A stretch of DNA of 62,484 bases, filler included, from Myxococcota bacterium (lineage in GTDB: Bacteria > Myxococcota_C > UBA6777), in NCBI GenBank assembly GCA_023150835.1. It is 3 parts of 3 records of this genome, joined end to end, with 100 filler letters (N's around TTAATTAATTAA, not from the genome) between each part and the next. Parts side by side here need not be neighbours in the genome. Positions count along the whole stretch, not along the records: positions 60,075 to 62,484 come from JAKLKB010000033.1; 2 more parts are not named here. One strand, given 5' to 3'. The translations under genes were made by a program, and so were the position numbers. This document shows, one piece after another, positions 61,703-62,484 of this stretch. Below the pieces are notes generated by a model. That model worked only from the letters and a program-made list of their open reading frames with translations, did not search any database and was not told the origin of the DNA. The stretch's first letter is position 1, and every line of letters starts with the position of its first letter.

Positions 61703-62484
61703 TGCTTTTTTGGGTTTGCACTTCTCGTTTTCGCCGTCTATGGGGCCTCGTCGGAGCTTGCACAAGCAAAGCAGCAAGGCCCGTGTGGAGGATGTCGTTT
61801 CTTCGTGGGGGGGTCGGATGGGTGGGCGGGATCTGCGTCTCTGGAGCGCTCGGATGGGTGGGCGGGATCTGCGTTTTGTTTGCGACTTCTTCGCGTCTAT
61901 GGGCGCAATCGCCCCCCACCTCGCGTCCGTCCGTTCTTTCCCCGTTGCCAAGGCGCTCTCCTGCGGCGTCCTTGCCGGCCTTTCTCCTTCCTGCGCCCCC
62001 CCCGAATTCTGCGGATTCTGCGTTGTCTCAACCTGTTGATCCCGTCCGCCAAGCCCAGATCCTTCGGGCTTTGCAAAGTACCGATCTTGCGGAGCGCTAC
62101 AAAGCCTTTCGCTGGCTTGCGATCTTGCGCGATCCTTGGGCTACCCAACAACTTCTTTCGTGGAGTTCTCATCGTGATCCGACCCTGCGTTGGTGGGCTT
62201 GGGCTGCCTTGCGCCAACACAAAAGCCCGACTATCCGCAAGCACTTGATCGAAGCTTTGAAAGATCGCGATGAAAGAGTCCGCTTATTGGCGCTTGATCG
62301 AGCCTTTGCCCACGGAAGCCAAACGCAACGTGCCGAGATCATGGGACTCCAACGCGATCCTTCGCCGATGGTGCGGATGGCGTGGTGTTCTTTGTTTTTG
62401 CAGATCCCTTCTCCGCTTGTGCCGATGCTTGCGCCTTGTTTGCAAGATGCGGATCTTCGGGTGCGGCTTGCCTTTGCGCGGGCT
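61702..62484 (+). CDS. HEAT-repeat protein (3' end runs off window)
   Basis: Hand translation is open from ATG 61702 to the window end: HRDPTLRWWA, LKDRDERVRLLA, QRDPSPMVRMA, LQDADLRVRLA. Confidence 0.8.
   Translation, partial: MLFWVCTSRFRRLWGLVGACTSKAARPVWRMSFLRGGVGWVGGICVSGALGWVGGICVLFATSSRLWAQSPPTSRPSVLSPLPRRSPAASLPAFLLPAPPPNSADSALSQPVDPVRQAQILRALQSTDLAERYKAFRWLAILRDPWATQQLLSWSSHRDPTLRWWAWAALRQHKSPTIRKHLIEALKDRDERVRLLALDRAFAHGSQTQRAEIMGLQRDPSPMVRMAWCSLFLQIPSPLVPMLAPCLQDADLRVRLAFARA

Overview
The window joins three contigs (1-29948, 30049-59974, 60075-62484) with artificial N44-TTAATTAATTAA-N44 linkers. The source is a GC-rich bacterium, probably a Myxococcota-like MAG; this is inferred from the many Hanks-type Ser/Thr kinases, the FHA and FGE-sulfatase proteins and the Cys-rich lipoproteins. 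Housekeeping and signalling genes include murD, lon, ggt, an M16 peptidase, a site-2 protease, an XPB-like helicase, a histidine kinase, an acyl-CoA dehydrogenase and an argR-X-argC-argD-argB operon. The most striking candidate system is at 44.5-51.9 kb. Two paralogous ~120-nt tRNA-like RNAs share one acceptor and T arm, have different non-canonical anticodon arms, lack a canonically placed CCA, carry an extended bulged terminal stem, and are followed by a terminator. About 2 kb downstream is a Sir2 / metallophosphoesterase / TROVE-like-vWA / YkgJ / GNAT cluster. Its TROVE-like protein carries a translation-GTPase switch-I motif ([12 protein letters not shown]) and a C-terminal EF-Tu domain III. 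Together these suggest a Ro60/Y-RNA-like, EF-Tu-mimicking ribonucleoprotein (inference). Also notable: a DUF1611/DgcN-like gene in the argA/argJ position of the arg operon, a membrane-tethered ECF sigma factor near Lon and a site-2 protease, a divergent ERG2/sigma-1-receptor homologue, at least five nested MITE/REP families (one with a perfect 11-bp target duplication), and a per-gene G-to-C skew gradient. All family assignments come from motif recognition by eye; no database searches were run.
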